From NCBI GenBank assembly GCA_963708075.1, contig OY970194.1, positions 2,368,001-2,432,000 of the forward strand: a DNA stretch of 64,000 nt, written 5' to 3'. The notes beneath the pieces were generated by a model, which ran no database searches, was not told the DNA's origin, and saw only the letters and a program-made list of their open reading frames with translations. Below are positions 1-9,994 of this stretch, one piece after another. Positions within the stretch are counted from its first letter, which is position 1, and each line of letters starts with the position of its first letter. Origin of the DNA: Sedimentisphaerales bacterium (lineage in GTDB: Bacteria; Planctomycetota; Phycisphaerae; Sedimentisphaerales; Anaerobacaceae). Both the position numbers and the translations under genes were made by a program.

Positions 1-2
1 TT

Positions 3-350
3 ACGTTCAACCTGTGCCACTGGCTCAAAGTCAGTAAGGACAAGAACGTCAAGCCGGTCATCGAGCGAGCGATGCCACGTCTGTCTGTCGTGAACATCAA
101 CGGCGCCGATACTGAAGGCCAGGACTGGAAGACCTTGATTCAAACGCTCGACCGCGGTACCTTCAACGTGCGTGGATTCCTGGAAACGCTCCGGGACGCC
201 GGATACACCGGCCCCATCGGCTTTCAGGGATACGGCATCGGCGGCGACGTGCACGAGAACCTCAAACGCACGATGGCGGCGTGGGAAAAGCACTCCGAGG
301 TGCTTCGCGGCGACGTGAAGCCGTTCGGTGAGCCGAAGAAGACGCCCTGA
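3..350 (+). CDS. Sugar phosphate isomerase/epimerase (xylose-isomerase-like TIM barrel), 5'-truncated by window edge
   Basis: Frame open from position 3: TFNLCHWLK...VNINGAD...GYTGPIGFQGYGIGGD, a typical AP_endonuc_2/TIM-barrel C-terminus. Confidence 0.7.
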   Translation, partial: TFNLCHWLKVSKDKNVKPVIERAMPRLSVVNINGADTEGQDWKTLIQTLDRGTFNVRGFLETLRDAGYTGPIGFQGYGIGGDVHENLKRTMAAWEKHSEVLRGDVKPFGEPKKTP

Positions 351-360
351 CGGAATGACC

Positions 361-426
361 GTCCAATAGGTCCTATAGGTCCCATGAGTCCCATAGGACC
401 GATAGGACTCATAGGACGAATAGGAC
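361..426. repeat. Tandem degenerate 9-bp repeat array with overall dyad symmetry
   Basis: gtccaatag gtcctatag gtcccatga gtcccatag gaccgatag gactcatag gacgaatag gac; GTCCTAT-like left units are reverse complements of ATAGGAC right units. Confidence 0.85.
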
Positions 427-430
427 AAAG

Positions 431-733
431 ATGGAAACTCTGAAACTGCTTCGCGACTATTTTCCGACGGCCGTATATACGGGCAAGTGCCTGGTGTTTA
501 TCAGCGAGGACTGGCGCGTCGAGCTGACGGAACACAAGGACAGTGATTTCAGCAAGGACTCGGACCAGGCGTCCGTCATCCGAGTGCGAATCTTCAAAAG
601 GGCCATCAACGGCGAATTCACCGCGGGCTTCTACGAGGACTTTCAACTGCCCTCGCTCGGCGAGCTGGCCGAGCAGATCGAGAAATATGTGCAGGCGGCG
701 ATCGGCGCGAATCTCCAGGAGAATGCCGAGTGA
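431..733 (+). CDS. Hypothetical protein (100 aa)
   Basis: ATG ORF with AGGA upstream, host-like codon usage, co-oriented with neighbours. Confidence 0.75.
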   Translation: METLKLLRDYFPTAVYTGKCLVFISEDWRVELTEHKDSDFSKDSDQASVIRVRIFKRAINGEFTAGFYEDFQLPSLGELAEQIEKYVQAAIGANLQENAE

Positions 734-805
734 TCCCCCAGATGCTGTCGCCAGAGTGTTGCCTTTCCTTAAGCCGTCCTGTGCAGTACGGGAGCAACCT
801 CTTCC

Positions 806-1105
806 ATGGCTAAGCCGGCGATTCAGGAGAGCTCAGGTGGCGTGATCTTCACCGCCAAGGTTGTTCCCGGCAGCAGCAGGACGGTGGTCGCAGGGGTCCT
901 GGAGGACATGGTTAAGGTCCGGGTCGCCGCGGCGCCCGAGAAAGGCAAAGCAAACCAGTGCCTCGTCGCGTTTTTGGCCGATCAGCTTAATGTCAAGAAA
1001 GGCGATATCGAGATCGTCTCGGGCCAGACCCGACCTGTCAAGCAGGTGCGCGTGGCGGGGATATCCGCCGCGGAGCTTTTGGAGAAACTCGGACTCAACG
1101 AGTAG
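806..1105 (+). CDS. DUF167/YggU family protein
   Basis: KVVPGSSR...VKVRVAAAPEKGKAN...IVSGQTRPVK motifs. Confidence 0.9.
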   Translation: MAKPAIQESSGGVIFTAKVVPGSSRTVVAGVLEDMVKVRVAAAPEKGKANQCLVAFLADQLNVKKGDIEIVSGQTRPVKQVRVAGISAAELLEKLGLNE

Positions 1106-1111
1106 CACCGG

Positions 1112-1939
1112 CTACTGAGGCTGCTCCGGCAGCGTTTTCAGGCGGAGATTGCGTATCGCCCCGGTTGTTGCGTAGGTGGCGATGCCCAGCGGCTGGCAAA
1201 GGTCAACCTCGATTCGGATGTCGAGCTTGTGGTCGGTGATGTCCACGTCCACGAGGTTCTCATCATCCAGCCAGGCTTGGATGCGGCTCGGCACGACCCG
1301 AAGACGGACCTTGTACCACTTCCCCTTCTCGAAGCTCATCATCCGGGTGGTCTCGTTTTCGGAGGCATCAAAGTGGTCGATGCTGGACAAGCCGCAGAGG
1401 CTGCCGCCCCACCCTCCCAGAATGAGCGTACACGGGTTCTCCGCCACAGGAAACGTCAGGCCGCAGAAGAAATCGTTGCCCTCGACCCGCATCGCCTCCA
1501 GGGAAATCTCGTAGTTCATGCGTACGACCGGCCCGCCCCACGTGATTCCGGTCATGTAATTGCCCATCCCCAGGTGGATAGCCCCATCCTTGACCCCAAC
1601 ATCGCCCTGACCGCCGAAATCCGTGATCTTCCACTGCCCCAGCGTCCGGCCGTCAAAAAGGCTGATCTCCTCCCCTGGCCTGACCAGCAGCGCCGGTTGC
1701 GGCTTGAGCTCTTGTGCCGCCTGCACCTGGGCAGCCGCAGGAGCCTGGGCCTGCCCAGTCAAGGCCTTGTTTTCCGCCGGCCGCTCCTGCCGTTCTTCCT
1801 GCCGGCAGCCACCGCCCAACGTGAGGCAAAGGACCGCTAAAACAAAAAAAACCCGCGTCCAGACAGCGTCATGGCTGCTTCCCGGGCGATATTCCCCGTA
1901 CGTATTCAGGCATCCATCCTTCGAGCCGACAACTCTCAT
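1112..1939 (-). CDS. DUF1080 (3-keto-disaccharide hydrolase family) protein, probable lipoprotein; start uncertain
   Basis: SLFDGRTLGQW, NYEISLEA, GNDFFCGLTFP, GGWGG motifs; hydrophobic stretch ending LGGGC. Confidence 0.8.
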   Translation of the reverse strand: MRVVGSKDGCLNTYGEYRPGSSHDAVWTRVFFVLAVLCLTLGGGCRQEERQERPAENKALTGQAQAPAAAQVQAAQELKPQPALLVRPGEEISLFDGRTLGQWKITDFGGQGDVGVKDGAIHLGMGNYMTGITWGGPVVRMNYEISLEAMRVEGNDFFCGLTFPVAENPCTLILGGWGGSLCGLSSIDHFDASENETTRMMSFEKGKWYKVRLRVVPSRIQAWLDDENLVDVDITDHKLDIRIEVDLCQPLGIATYATTGAIRNLRLKTLPEQPQ

Positions 1940-2180
1940 ACGATCCTCCAGACAGTCGAAATTTTGTTTGAATAGGCTACGGCGTCTGGTAGAATTGCAC
2001 AAGAGATAATTCACCGGATGGCCGATTTCTCCCGGGCCGTGAGGGTTCAGGAAGGGAGAACCCCGGACGATAGATGGCGTATAGTTGATAGCTCACAGAG
2101 GTTGCAGGTTTCAGGTTCGTATCCTGCCCATAGCAAAAAGGGGGTTTTTGCACCCAGGAAGCACCCGCATAGAGGGAAAC

Positions 2181-3779
2181 ATGAAAAGAACCTTGACCGC
2201 TGCTGCCATTCTTCTGAGTTTCTGTTCTCTACCGGCGTTTGGAGAGCTTGCAAATGCCGGCAAGGCAGGCATTTACGTCAAGTCGCTGGATCAGGTGCTC
2301 CGTCTGCAGGAGGATGATATAGACTTGGCAACGGCCGTCCTGATCGCCTCAGAGTACTGGAGCGACATCGTGGCCGGCCGACGTTATCTGGAACAACTGG
2401 ACGCCATGGCGGTCGAGATTCAAGGGCGGCTGCAACGGCAACGGATACCGGCGGATTTCCGCGCCATCCCCGTTATCAATGACTACCTGTTCAATGAGCT
2501 GGGGTTCAAGACGATCTCCCATGCGAACGATCCGAACGATCTGTTCCTGCATTCGGTGATGGACAGGCGTCAGGGGTATTGTCTGAGCCTGTCGGTGCTC
2601 TACCTCGCCCTGGCAGAGAGATTGGGTCTGAACCTGTATGGCGTTGTGGTTCCCAGCCATTTTTTCGTCCGGTACGATGGCGGGCGAGTGCGATTCAACA
2701 TTGAAACGACCAGCAATGGCGCCAGTCCGCCCGATGACCATTACATGGCCAAGTTCAACGTTCCGGAGAGCGCAAACGACACGATTTACATGAAGAATTT
2801 GACCAAGCGCCAGACGCTCGGCTGCTTTTTCAACAATCTGGGCAATGTCTATAGCGACATCGGGGATATCGATACGGCCCAGGTTGCCCTGGAGCGGGCC
2901 GTGGCAATCAACCCGACGCTCTCCGAATCCCGAGCGAACCTGGGGAACATCTACCTGCAAAAACACAAGGTAAATGAGGCCGTCCAGCAATACAAGAGTG
3001 CTTTGCAGCTCAATCCCAAGGACCCGAAGACCTACAACAATCTCGGCAATGCGTACGCGGAACAGGACCGACTGAACGATGCCGTCTATGCATACCGTCA
3101 GGGCCTGAAGCTGGACCCGAATTTCACCGATGCGTACAGGAATCTGGCCTTGGTGTGCACGCGGCAGGAGAGATACTCGGAAGCGATATCGCACCTGAAC
3201 CAGGCGGCCGGTCTTGAGCCCAAAAACGCCCAGATCTACAATCAGATGGGCGACGTTTACTGCCGGATGCGCGGCTACGCCATGGCCGAGAGCCAGTTCC
3301 ACAAGGCCCTGAGCCTCAAGTCGGACCTGGCCGAGGCCTATTGTGGTCTGGCAGTCTGCTATCGCGGGCGAAATCAGCCGGCCAATGAGATCGAGGCCTA
3401 CAAAGCGGCCTTGGCGATCAAGCCCGATATGCTGGCGGCGCTGATCAATCTGGGCAATGCCTGCTTCAATCAAAAGGACTATAATTCGGCAATCCAGTAT
3501 TACAACCGGGCGGTGACAATCAAGCCGGATGACGCGTGGATATACTTTAACCTGGGGTCAGCCTACTCCAATCTGGAGGATTTCCCGCAGGCGATAAAGG
3601 CCTATGTCCAGGCGGTGACGCTGGATCCCAAGATCGGCGATGCACATCACGGCCTAGCCTATAGCTATTATAAGATTCAGAAGTATGATCTCGCGTGGAA
3701 GCATATTAACGCGGCAAAGACACTCGGCGTCAAGATCACGGATGACCAGATGCAAGCGATCAAAAGCAGGCTCAAATGA
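2181..3779 (+). CDS. Secreted SirB1/transglutaminase-like (Transglut_core2) domain protein with TPR repeats
   Basis: Signal peptide MKRTLTAAAILLSFCSLPAFG; GYCLSLSVLY...PSHFFVRY...NIETT; multiple NNLGNxY TPR repeats. Confidence 0.85.
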   Translation: MKRTLTAAAILLSFCSLPAFGELANAGKAGIYVKSLDQVLRLQEDDIDLATAVLIASEYWSDIVAGRRYLEQLDAMAVEIQGRLQRQRIPADFRAIPVINDYLFNELGFKTISHANDPNDLFLHSVMDRRQGYCLSLSVLYLALAERLGLNLYGVVVPSHFFVRYDGGRVRFNIETTSNGASPPDDHYMAKFNVPESANDTIYMKNLTKRQTLGCFFNNLGNVYSDIGDIDTAQVALERAVAINPTLSESRANLGNIYLQKHKVNEAVQQYKSALQLNPKDPKTYNNLGNAYAEQDRLNDAVYAYRQGLKLDPNFTDAYRNLALVCTRQERYSEAISHLNQAAGLEPKNAQIYNQMGDVYCRMRGYAMAESQFHKALSLKSDLAEAYCGLAVCYRGRNQPANEIEAYKAALAIKPDMLAALINLGNACFNQKDYNSAIQYYNRAVTIKPDDAWIYFNLGSAYSNLEDFPQAIKAYVQAVTLDPKIGDAHHGLAYSYYKIQKYDLAWKHINAAKTLGVKITDDQMQAIKSRLK

Positions 3780-3825
3780 CCCGGCGCGCCCGGCAGAAAT
3801 TCTGCAAGAATCCGGGAATAATCGC

Positions 3826-3854
3826 TTGACAAGTTCGCCAACAGCCCGTAGGAT
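3826..3854 (+). promoter_or_regulatory. Sigma70-like promoter of coaE
   Basis: TTGACA-N17-TAGGAT. Confidence 0.6.
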
Positions 3855-3866
3855 ATCTCCTGGAAT

Positions 3867-4508
3867 TTGGGAGTGGGCGGGCCAGACAGCGTAAGGGTGG
3901 GCAATCCGACGGAAAAGCCTCTGATCGGGATTATCGGCGGCATCGCTTCCGGCAAAAGCACCGTCGCAGCGGAATTCGAAAAGTTGGGCTGCGCGGTCAT
4001 TGATGCCGACGTGATCGTCCACGAGTTGCTCAGAGAAGACCGGGTCCGCAACGAGGTCGTTCAGCTCTTTGGCCCAGGGGTTTTGAATGCCCGTGGTGAG
4101 CTGGATCGCAAACGGCTTGCTACCATCGTGTTCGCCGACACGAGGCATTTGTCCGCGCTGAACAAAGTGGTGCATCCGCGAGTGTTGCAGCGAACCGAGG
4201 AGTTGATTGCACAGTACAATAAAGATAGTCACACCAAAGCAATCGTACTGGACATGCCTTTGCTGGTCGAGGTCGGATGGGCGGATCGTTGCGACAGAGT
4301 GATCTTTGTGGAGTGTGACCGCAGACGAAGAGTCGAGAGGGCCGGAACCAAGGGTCTCATGGACGACAGAGAAATGGAAATTCGAGAAAATTCCCAAATT
4401 TCTCTGGACAAGAAGGCCGGGCTGGCCGATGATATTGTAGACAACAACTCTGACTTCTCGACATTGGTCAGGCAAATCAAAGAAATCTTCTCTGAGATAA
4501 CGAAGTGA
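3867..4508 (+). CDS. coaE: Dephospho-CoA kinase
   Basis: IGIIGGIASGKSTVA P-loop, IDAD, LDRKRLA, VHPRV, DMPLLVE. Confidence 0.93.
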   Translation: MGVGGPDSVRVGNPTEKPLIGIIGGIASGKSTVAAEFEKLGCAVIDADVIVHELLREDRVRNEVVQLFGPGVLNARGELDRKRLATIVFADTRHLSALNKVVHPRVLQRTEELIAQYNKDSHTKAIVLDMPLLVEVGWADRCDRVIFVECDRRRRVERAGTKGLMDDREMEIRENSQISLDKKAGLADDIVDNNSDFSTLVRQIKEIFSEITK

Positions 4509-4736
4509 AGTCAGCGTGTGTGGTCTGACAGGAAGTTGCGCTTCTTGCAGCCGTCAATGTAGGCGGCGCACATGTACCGGCGTAATTCAACGCTCAAATC
4601 CCGCAGAACCACAGACAAGAGAAGATGGTTCACAGCAAGACAGACGTGTTGCCCGCATCTGTGGCGACAGGCACATACCTGCATAAACAGGGGCAAGGGT
4701 GACAGAGTAGTTTCCGTAAGTGGAAAAGGAGTAGTC

Positions 4737-6275
4737 ATGGCGAAGGCCAAAACAACCAAGAAGAAGAGGAACCAAAAGAGGAAGGCCGGGGAAGAAGAAG
4801 TCCTTATCGTGGGGCAGATGGAAGAATCCGATCCCTCGGCAGTAACCACGGCGGCCGAGGCGGCTGAGGCCTCCGATCCTGTGGAGACGCAGACCCTGGA
4901 GCCTGTCGAAACCGTCAAGTCCGGAGGGAACGGCGATCTCGGGACAACCGTGGAGGTCGAAGAGGGCACGGACGAGGAGTCCACGCACGCCAAGTACGAG
5001 CGCATCAAGAAAGGCAGTCTGTACTTGACCGACCTGCAGAGACTCACCGTGGCCGAGCTTCACGAGATGGCCAAAAAGGAAGGCATCACCGAGTACAGCG
5101 CCCTGAAGAAGCAGGATCTGATCTTCCGGATTCTCAAGGAGCAGATCCGGCAGAACGGGTTGATGTATGGCGAGGGCGTCCTGGAGGTCCTGCCCGACGG
5201 CTACGGCTTCCTGCGCAACCCCACGTACAACTACCTGTCCTCCTCGGATGATATCTACGTATCCCCGTCACAGATTCGCCGCTTCGGCCTGCGGACCGGC
5301 AACATCGTTTCCGGACAAATCCGGCCGCCAAAGGACTCGGAGAAGTACTTCGCCCTGCTGCGCGTGGAGGCGATCAATTTCGAGAACCCGGACCTGCTGG
5401 CGGACAAGATCGTTTTCAGCGACTTGACCCCGCTGCATCCGGAGCAGCGTCTCATCCTGGAAACCACCAGCGATGAGCTGAACATGCGGATCATCGACCT
5501 GGTGACGCCCGTGGGCAAGGGTCAGCGAGGCCTGATCGTGGCCCCGCCGCGTACCGGTAAGACGATCCTTCTGCAGAAGATGGCCAATGCCATTTCGACG
5601 AACCATCCCGAGGTCAAGCTCATCGTCCTGCTGATCGACGAGCGACCTGAGGAAGTCACCGAAATGGAGCGCAAGACCGCCGACGCCGTCGAGGTCATCA
5701 GCTCCACATTCGATGAGCCCGCCGCTCGTCACTGCCAGGTGGCCGAGATCGTCATCGAGAAGGCCAAACGCATGGTCGAGTACGGCACGGATGTCGTGAT
5801 CCTGCTCGACTCCATCACACGTCTGGCCCGTGCATACAACAGTGAGACGCCGCACTCCGGCCGCATCCTGACCGGCGGTGTGGACGCCGGCGCCATGCAG
5901 ATGCCTAAGAAATTCTTCGGCGCCGCTCGAAAGGTCGAGGAAGGCGGCTCGCTGAGCATCTTCGCCACCGCCCTGATCGACACCGGCTCCAAGATGGACG
6001 AAGTCATTTTCGAAGAGTTCAAAGCCACCGGCAACATGGAGTTGCACCTGGACCGGCGGCTGGTGGACCGGCGAGTCTGGCCGGCTATCGAGATCACTCG
6101 AAGCGGAACGCGACGCGAGGAATTGCTGCTCGATCCAAAGGAGCTTGAGCTCGTCTATCGGCTCCGCAGAGTCCTGAGCGACCTGAACCCGGTGGAGGCG
6201 GTCGAGTTGCTCAAGAGCCGGCTGTCCAAGACCAAGAGCAACGCCGAGTTCCTTATGACGATGAACCTGGATTAA
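4737..6275 (+). CDS. rho: Transcription termination factor Rho with acidic N-terminal extension
   Basis: [65 protein letters not shown] before ATG 4737. Confidence 0.97.
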   Translation: MAKAKTTKKKRNQKRKAGEEEVLIVGQMEESDPSAVTTAAEAAEASDPVETQTLEPVETVKSGGNGDLGTTVEVEEGTDEESTHAKYERIKKGSLYLTDLQRLTVAELHEMAKKEGITEYSALKKQDLIFRILKEQIRQNGLMYGEGVLEVLPDGYGFLRNPTYNYLSSSDDIYVSPSQIRRFGLRTGNIVSGQIRPPKDSEKYFALLRVEAINFENPDLLADKIVFSDLTPLHPEQRLILETTSDELNMRIIDLVTPVGKGQRGLIVAPPRTGKTILLQKMANAISTNHPEVKLIVLLIDERPEEVTEMERKTADAVEVISSTFDEPAARHCQVAEIVIEKAKRMVEYGTDVVILLDSITRLARAYNSETPHSGRILTGGVDAGAMQMPKKFFGAARKVEEGGSLSIFATALIDTGSKMDEVIFEEFKATGNMELHLDRRLVDRRVWPAIEITRSGTRREELLLDPKELELVYRLRRVLSDLNPVEAVELLKSRLSKTKSNAEFLMTMNLD

Positions 6276-6354
6276 CGGGCCGTGCCAACAGGCAGCAGGT
6301 CCATTGCCCGGCAGACGGACTCTTTACACGCCGACTGCGGATGAGTAACATACT

Positions 6355-6386
6355 TCCGGCAGACATTTGTCTGCCGGATTTTTTTT
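6355..6386 (+). terminator. Intrinsic terminator-like hairpin between rho and valS
   Basis: tccggcagac-attt-gtctgccgga perfect 10-bp stem followed by a T run. Confidence 0.75.
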
Positions 6387-6407
6387 ACTGACCTTTGATC
6401 TGGATGC

Positions 6408-9400
6408 ATGATGGCCGAGCAGTTGTCCAAGGTTTATGACCCGAAAACAGTTGAGGAACAGGTAAACGAATTCTGGCTGTCGAACAGCTATTTCCACGCG
6501 GACCCGTCACGCGATGGTGAGCGAAAAGGCACGTTCACCATCGTCATTCCGCCCCCAAATGTGACGGCCGCCCTGCATCTGGGCCACGCCCTGAACAACA
6601 CTTTGCAGGACATCCTCGTGCGAATGCGTCGGATGCAGCAGTATGAGACCCTCTGGATGCCCGGCACGGACCACGCCGGCATCGCGACGCAGACGGTCGT
6701 GGAGAAACGCATCCTGGCGGAGGAGGGCAAGAAGCGCACCGACTTTCCGCGGGAGGAATTCGTCCGGCGCGTCCAGGCGTGGAAGGACGAGTACGAGGCG
6801 ACGATCCTCGGCCAGCTCAAAGCCATGGGCTGCTCGTGTGACTGGCAGCGCACCCGGTTTACCATGGACGAGGTCTGCGCCAGGGCCGTCCGGGCGGCGT
6901 TCTTCAAGCTCTTCAAAGACAGCCTCATCTATCGCGGCAAGCGCATCGTCAACTGGGACCCGGCCACACAAACCGTGCTTGCCGACGACGAAGTCGAGCA
7001 CCAGACAATTCAGGGGTTCTTCTGGTACCTGAAGTACCCGCTTGTTGAGCCGATTGAGATTGACGGGCGACTCATCGAACACGTCACCGTAGCGACCACA
7101 CGGCCGGAGACCATGCTTGGCGATACCGCCGTTGCTATGAACCCGACCGACCCGCGAGCCAAATACCTCGTGGGAAAACGGGTCTGCCTGCCTATTGTTG
7201 GCAGAGTTATTCCAATCATCGCCGACGAGCACGTGGTGCTGCCCAATCCCGAGAGCGAGGATGAGAAGGCCCGGTTCTCGACCGGCTTTTTGAAAGTGAC
7301 CCCCGCCCACGATCCGGACGACTACGCCATCGGTGAGCGTCACTACGAAGAGATTGCGAAAGTCGTTGTCCCGAAAGATGAAGATTTCGCTGACGATCCT
7401 CGCCGGTGGGTCTTTGTCAACGTAATGGCACCCGACGGCTCCATCAGCGACAAACACGGCTGGAGGGACGCCACGGAGCCCGAGGCCCGGCAGTTGCTCG
7501 GTCTGGATCGATTTGAGGCGCGCGAGGCTATCGTCGAATGGTTCCGCCAGGAGAACCTCCTGGAAGACATTCGAGAGTACACTCACGAAGTCGGTCACAG
7601 TTACCGCAGCCACGTTCCAATCGAGCCGTATCTGTCCGACCAATGGTATATCGCCGTCAAGAAGCCCATCGAGCATCTGGCCCAGCAATTCGGCAGCGGC
7701 ATGATCGAGGGGACGGATGTGCCGGTGAACTCCCTCGCCGGCCTGGCGCTCAAACCTCTGGTCGATGGCCGGCTGCGATTCATCCCTGAACGCTATGCCA
7801 AGACCTATCAAACGTGGCTGGAGAACCTGCGTGACTGGCCGATCAGCCGCCAACTCTGGTGGGGCCATCAGATTCCAGTCTGGTCGCTCTATACCCACGA
7901 CGGGGAAGTACAGGATGATCCTCGTGATCAAGACGCAGCCGACAGAGCGGTGGCAGAGAAAGCACGCGCATTGCTTCTCCGAATCGCCAAAGCGGCAGGT
8001 TTGGGTGATGCAATCGAGGTTGTCCTTCACCGAATACCCTTCAACCATCTCCTCTTAGTCTGTTCGCGTGACGCCAGATCGGATGCCTTCCTCGGAGCTA
8101 TATACGAATTCTGGCTGAACAACGAGCCTTGGCCGAAAGAGCTCAATGGACCCGCAGAAAATGATCTGCTGGAACTCTACGGGTGCTTAACCGGCGTCGA
8201 TCAAGACGCCGATGTCCTCGATACTTGGTTTTCCTCGGCGTTGTGGCCGTTCAGTACGTTGGGGTGGCCGGAGGAGACGCCGGAGCTTAAGGCGTTCTAT
8301 CCGGGGAATGTGCTGTGCACGGCCCGGGAGATCATCACGCTGTGGGTCTCGCGCATGGTGATGATGGGACAGTATTGTGTCGGCGACATTCCTTTCAGCG
8401 ACGTGTATATCCACGCGATGATCCAGGACGGCGAAGGCCGCAAGATGTCCAAGAGCCTCGGCAACGGCATTGATCCACTCATCGCAATCAACAGCCACGG
8501 CGCCGACGCGATGCGATTTACGCTGGCGAGCATGACCACGGATACGCAGGATATTCGCATGCCGGTCGCGCCGATGACGCTGCCCGACGGGCGCAAAGTC
8601 AACACTTCGCCCAAGTTCGATGTCGGCCGCAATTTCTGCAACAAGCTGTGGAATGCGTCGCGATTTGCCATGATGAACATTGAGGGCCTCGATCCGGACG
8701 GCTTCGACGCGGCGAAGATGGACGTTACCGACCGATGGATTCTCTCGCGGCTTGCAGCTACGCAGCGCGAAGTCACCGAGGCCCTGGATGCGTTCAAATT
8801 CAGCGAACCTCTGAGTCAGTTGTACCGCTTTTTCTGGAACGACTTCTGCGACTGGTATCTCGAATGGGCCAAATCCCGGATGAGGGATGAGCAGAGCAAG
8901 AAGGTCGCTCAGAATGTTCTGGCCTTCGTGCTCGACAGCACTCTGCGCATGCTCCACCCCTTCATTCCCTTTATCACGGAAGGCATTTACCAGCGGCTGA
9001 ACGAGTTGGCTCCGGTCCGAGGTCTGAAGGGACTTGCCCAGCTCGATGGTGCGGACGCCCTTGTCATTGCTCCCTGGCCGGGCGCCATGGAACACTTGAG
9101 GGACGAGGCGGCGGAAGTGCAGATCCAGATCGTCCAGGAGATAGTCCGGGCGATCCGCGATGTCAGAAGCCAGCACGGCATATCCCCGGGCGAGAAGCTC
9201 ACGGCTTCGGCCAACGCGCCCCAGGTCACGGCCGATACGCTCAGTGCCAACAGTCACCTCGTGTGTCAACTGGCCGGCCTGAGCAGCTTCCAGGCGACCC
9301 AGGACGCGCCAAAGCCGAACAATGCCGCTGCCGCCATAGTAGGAGAGACACAGGTTTACCTGCACAACGTCATCGATCCTGCGGCGGAACGCGCCCGACT

Positions 9401-9578
9401 CGAAAAACAGAAGCAGGAGATCGAGCAGGCCAAGAAGGCCGTCGAGGGCAAACTGGGCAACGAGAACTTCGTGACGAGGGCCAAGCCCGAGGTAGTTGCC
9501 CAGGCCAGGGAGAAACTTGCACAGCTTCAGGAACAATTACAGGCCGTGGAGAGACATCTCGCCGAGCTTAACGGCTGA
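6408..9578 (+). CDS. valS: Valine--tRNA ligase
   Basis: PPPNVTAALHLGHA (HIGH), DHAGIATQ, TTRPET, KMSKS, C-terminal coiled coil. Confidence 0.97.
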   Translation: MMAEQLSKVYDPKTVEEQVNEFWLSNSYFHADPSRDGERKGTFTIVIPPPNVTAALHLGHALNNTLQDILVRMRRMQQYETLWMPGTDHAGIATQTVVEKRILAEEGKKRTDFPREEFVRRVQAWKDEYEATILGQLKAMGCSCDWQRTRFTMDEVCARAVRAAFFKLFKDSLIYRGKRIVNWDPATQTVLADDEVEHQTIQGFFWYLKYPLVEPIEIDGRLIEHVTVATTRPETMLGDTAVAMNPTDPRAKYLVGKRVCLPIVGRVIPIIADEHVVLPNPESEDEKARFSTGFLKVTPAHDPDDYAIGERHYEEIAKVVVPKDEDFADDPRRWVFVNVMAPDGSISDKHGWRDATEPEARQLLGLDRFEAREAIVEWFRQENLLEDIREYTHEVGHSYRSHVPIEPYLSDQWYIAVKKPIEHLAQQFGSGMIEGTDVPVNSLAGLALKPLVDGRLRFIPERYAKTYQTWLENLRDWPISRQLWWGHQIPVWSLYTHDGEVQDDPRDQDAADRAVAEKARALLLRIAKAAGLGDAIEVVLHRIPFNHLLLVCSRDARSDAFLGAIYEFWLNNEPWPKELNGPAENDLLELYGCLTGVDQDADVLDTWFSSALWPFSTLGWPEETPELKAFYPGNVLCTAREIITLWVSRMVMMGQYCVGDIPFSDVYIHAMIQDGEGRKMSKSLGNGIDPLIAINSHGADAMRFTLASMTTDTQDIRMPVAPMTLPDGRKVNTSPKFDVGRNFCNKLWNASRFAMMNIEGLDPDGFDAAKMDVTDRWILSRLAATQREVTEALDAFKFSEPLSQLYRFFWNDFCDWYLEWAKSRMRDEQSKKVAQNVLAFVLDSTLRMLHPFIPFITEGIYQRLNELAPVRGLKGLAQLDGADALVIAPWPGAMEHLRDEAAEVQIQIVQEIVRAIRDVRSQHGISPGEKLTASANAPQVTADTLSANSHLVCQLAGLSSFQATQDAPKPNNAAAAIVGETQVYLHNVIDPAAERARLEKQKQEIEQAKKAVEGKLGNENFVTRAKPEVVAQAREKLAQLQEQLQAVERHLAELNG

Positions 9579-9598
9579 GAGACAAAAGGGGGATCAGA

Positions 9599-9994
9599 AT
9601 GGAAGTGGAAGTCGAACTGTCGCGGATCATCATCAACGAGACCTCCGACCAACAGATCATCGTTTTGAAGGAACGCCACGGCACGCGAGGCTTCCCCATC
9701 GTGATCGGCATCGTGGAGATCTTCGCCATCGACCGTCGATTGAAAGGAATCAAGCCGCCCCGCCCGATGACTCATGACCTGCTGGCCAGCGTCATCGAGA
9801 GTCTCGGCGCGAAGGTCGAGCGCATCGTGATCGACGACCTCCGCAATCATACGTTCTATGCGAAGATTCATCTGAGCATCGACGGCCGGACAGTCACCGT
9901 GGACTCGCGGCCATCCGACGCCATCGCGCTATGCGCGGCTATCGAGGCACCTATTTACGTGGCTGACCACGTGTTTGAGAAGACGAATCAGTGA
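9599..9994 (+). CDS. Bifunctional nuclease family (DUF151) protein
   Basis: FPIVIG, PPRPMTHDL, DSRPSDAIAL. Confidence 0.92.
   Translation: MEVEVELSRIIINETSDQQIIVLKERHGTRGFPIVIGIVEIFAIDRRLKGIKPPRPMTHDLLASVIESLGAKVERIVIDDLRNHTFYAKIHLSIDGRTVTVDSRPSDAIALCAAIEAPIYVADHVFEKTNQ

Noticed and set aside
361..426. Repeat array as CRISPR
   Set aside because: 9-bp contiguous units with no spacers and no cas genes
7884..8201. ValS segment as an intein or intron
   Set aside because: No HN-C/S/T splice junction, no homing endonuclease motif, and the frame is continuous
9951..9994. 44-nt convergent 3' overlap of the DUF151 gene and lspA
   Set aside because: Short convergent overlaps are common; no sign of function
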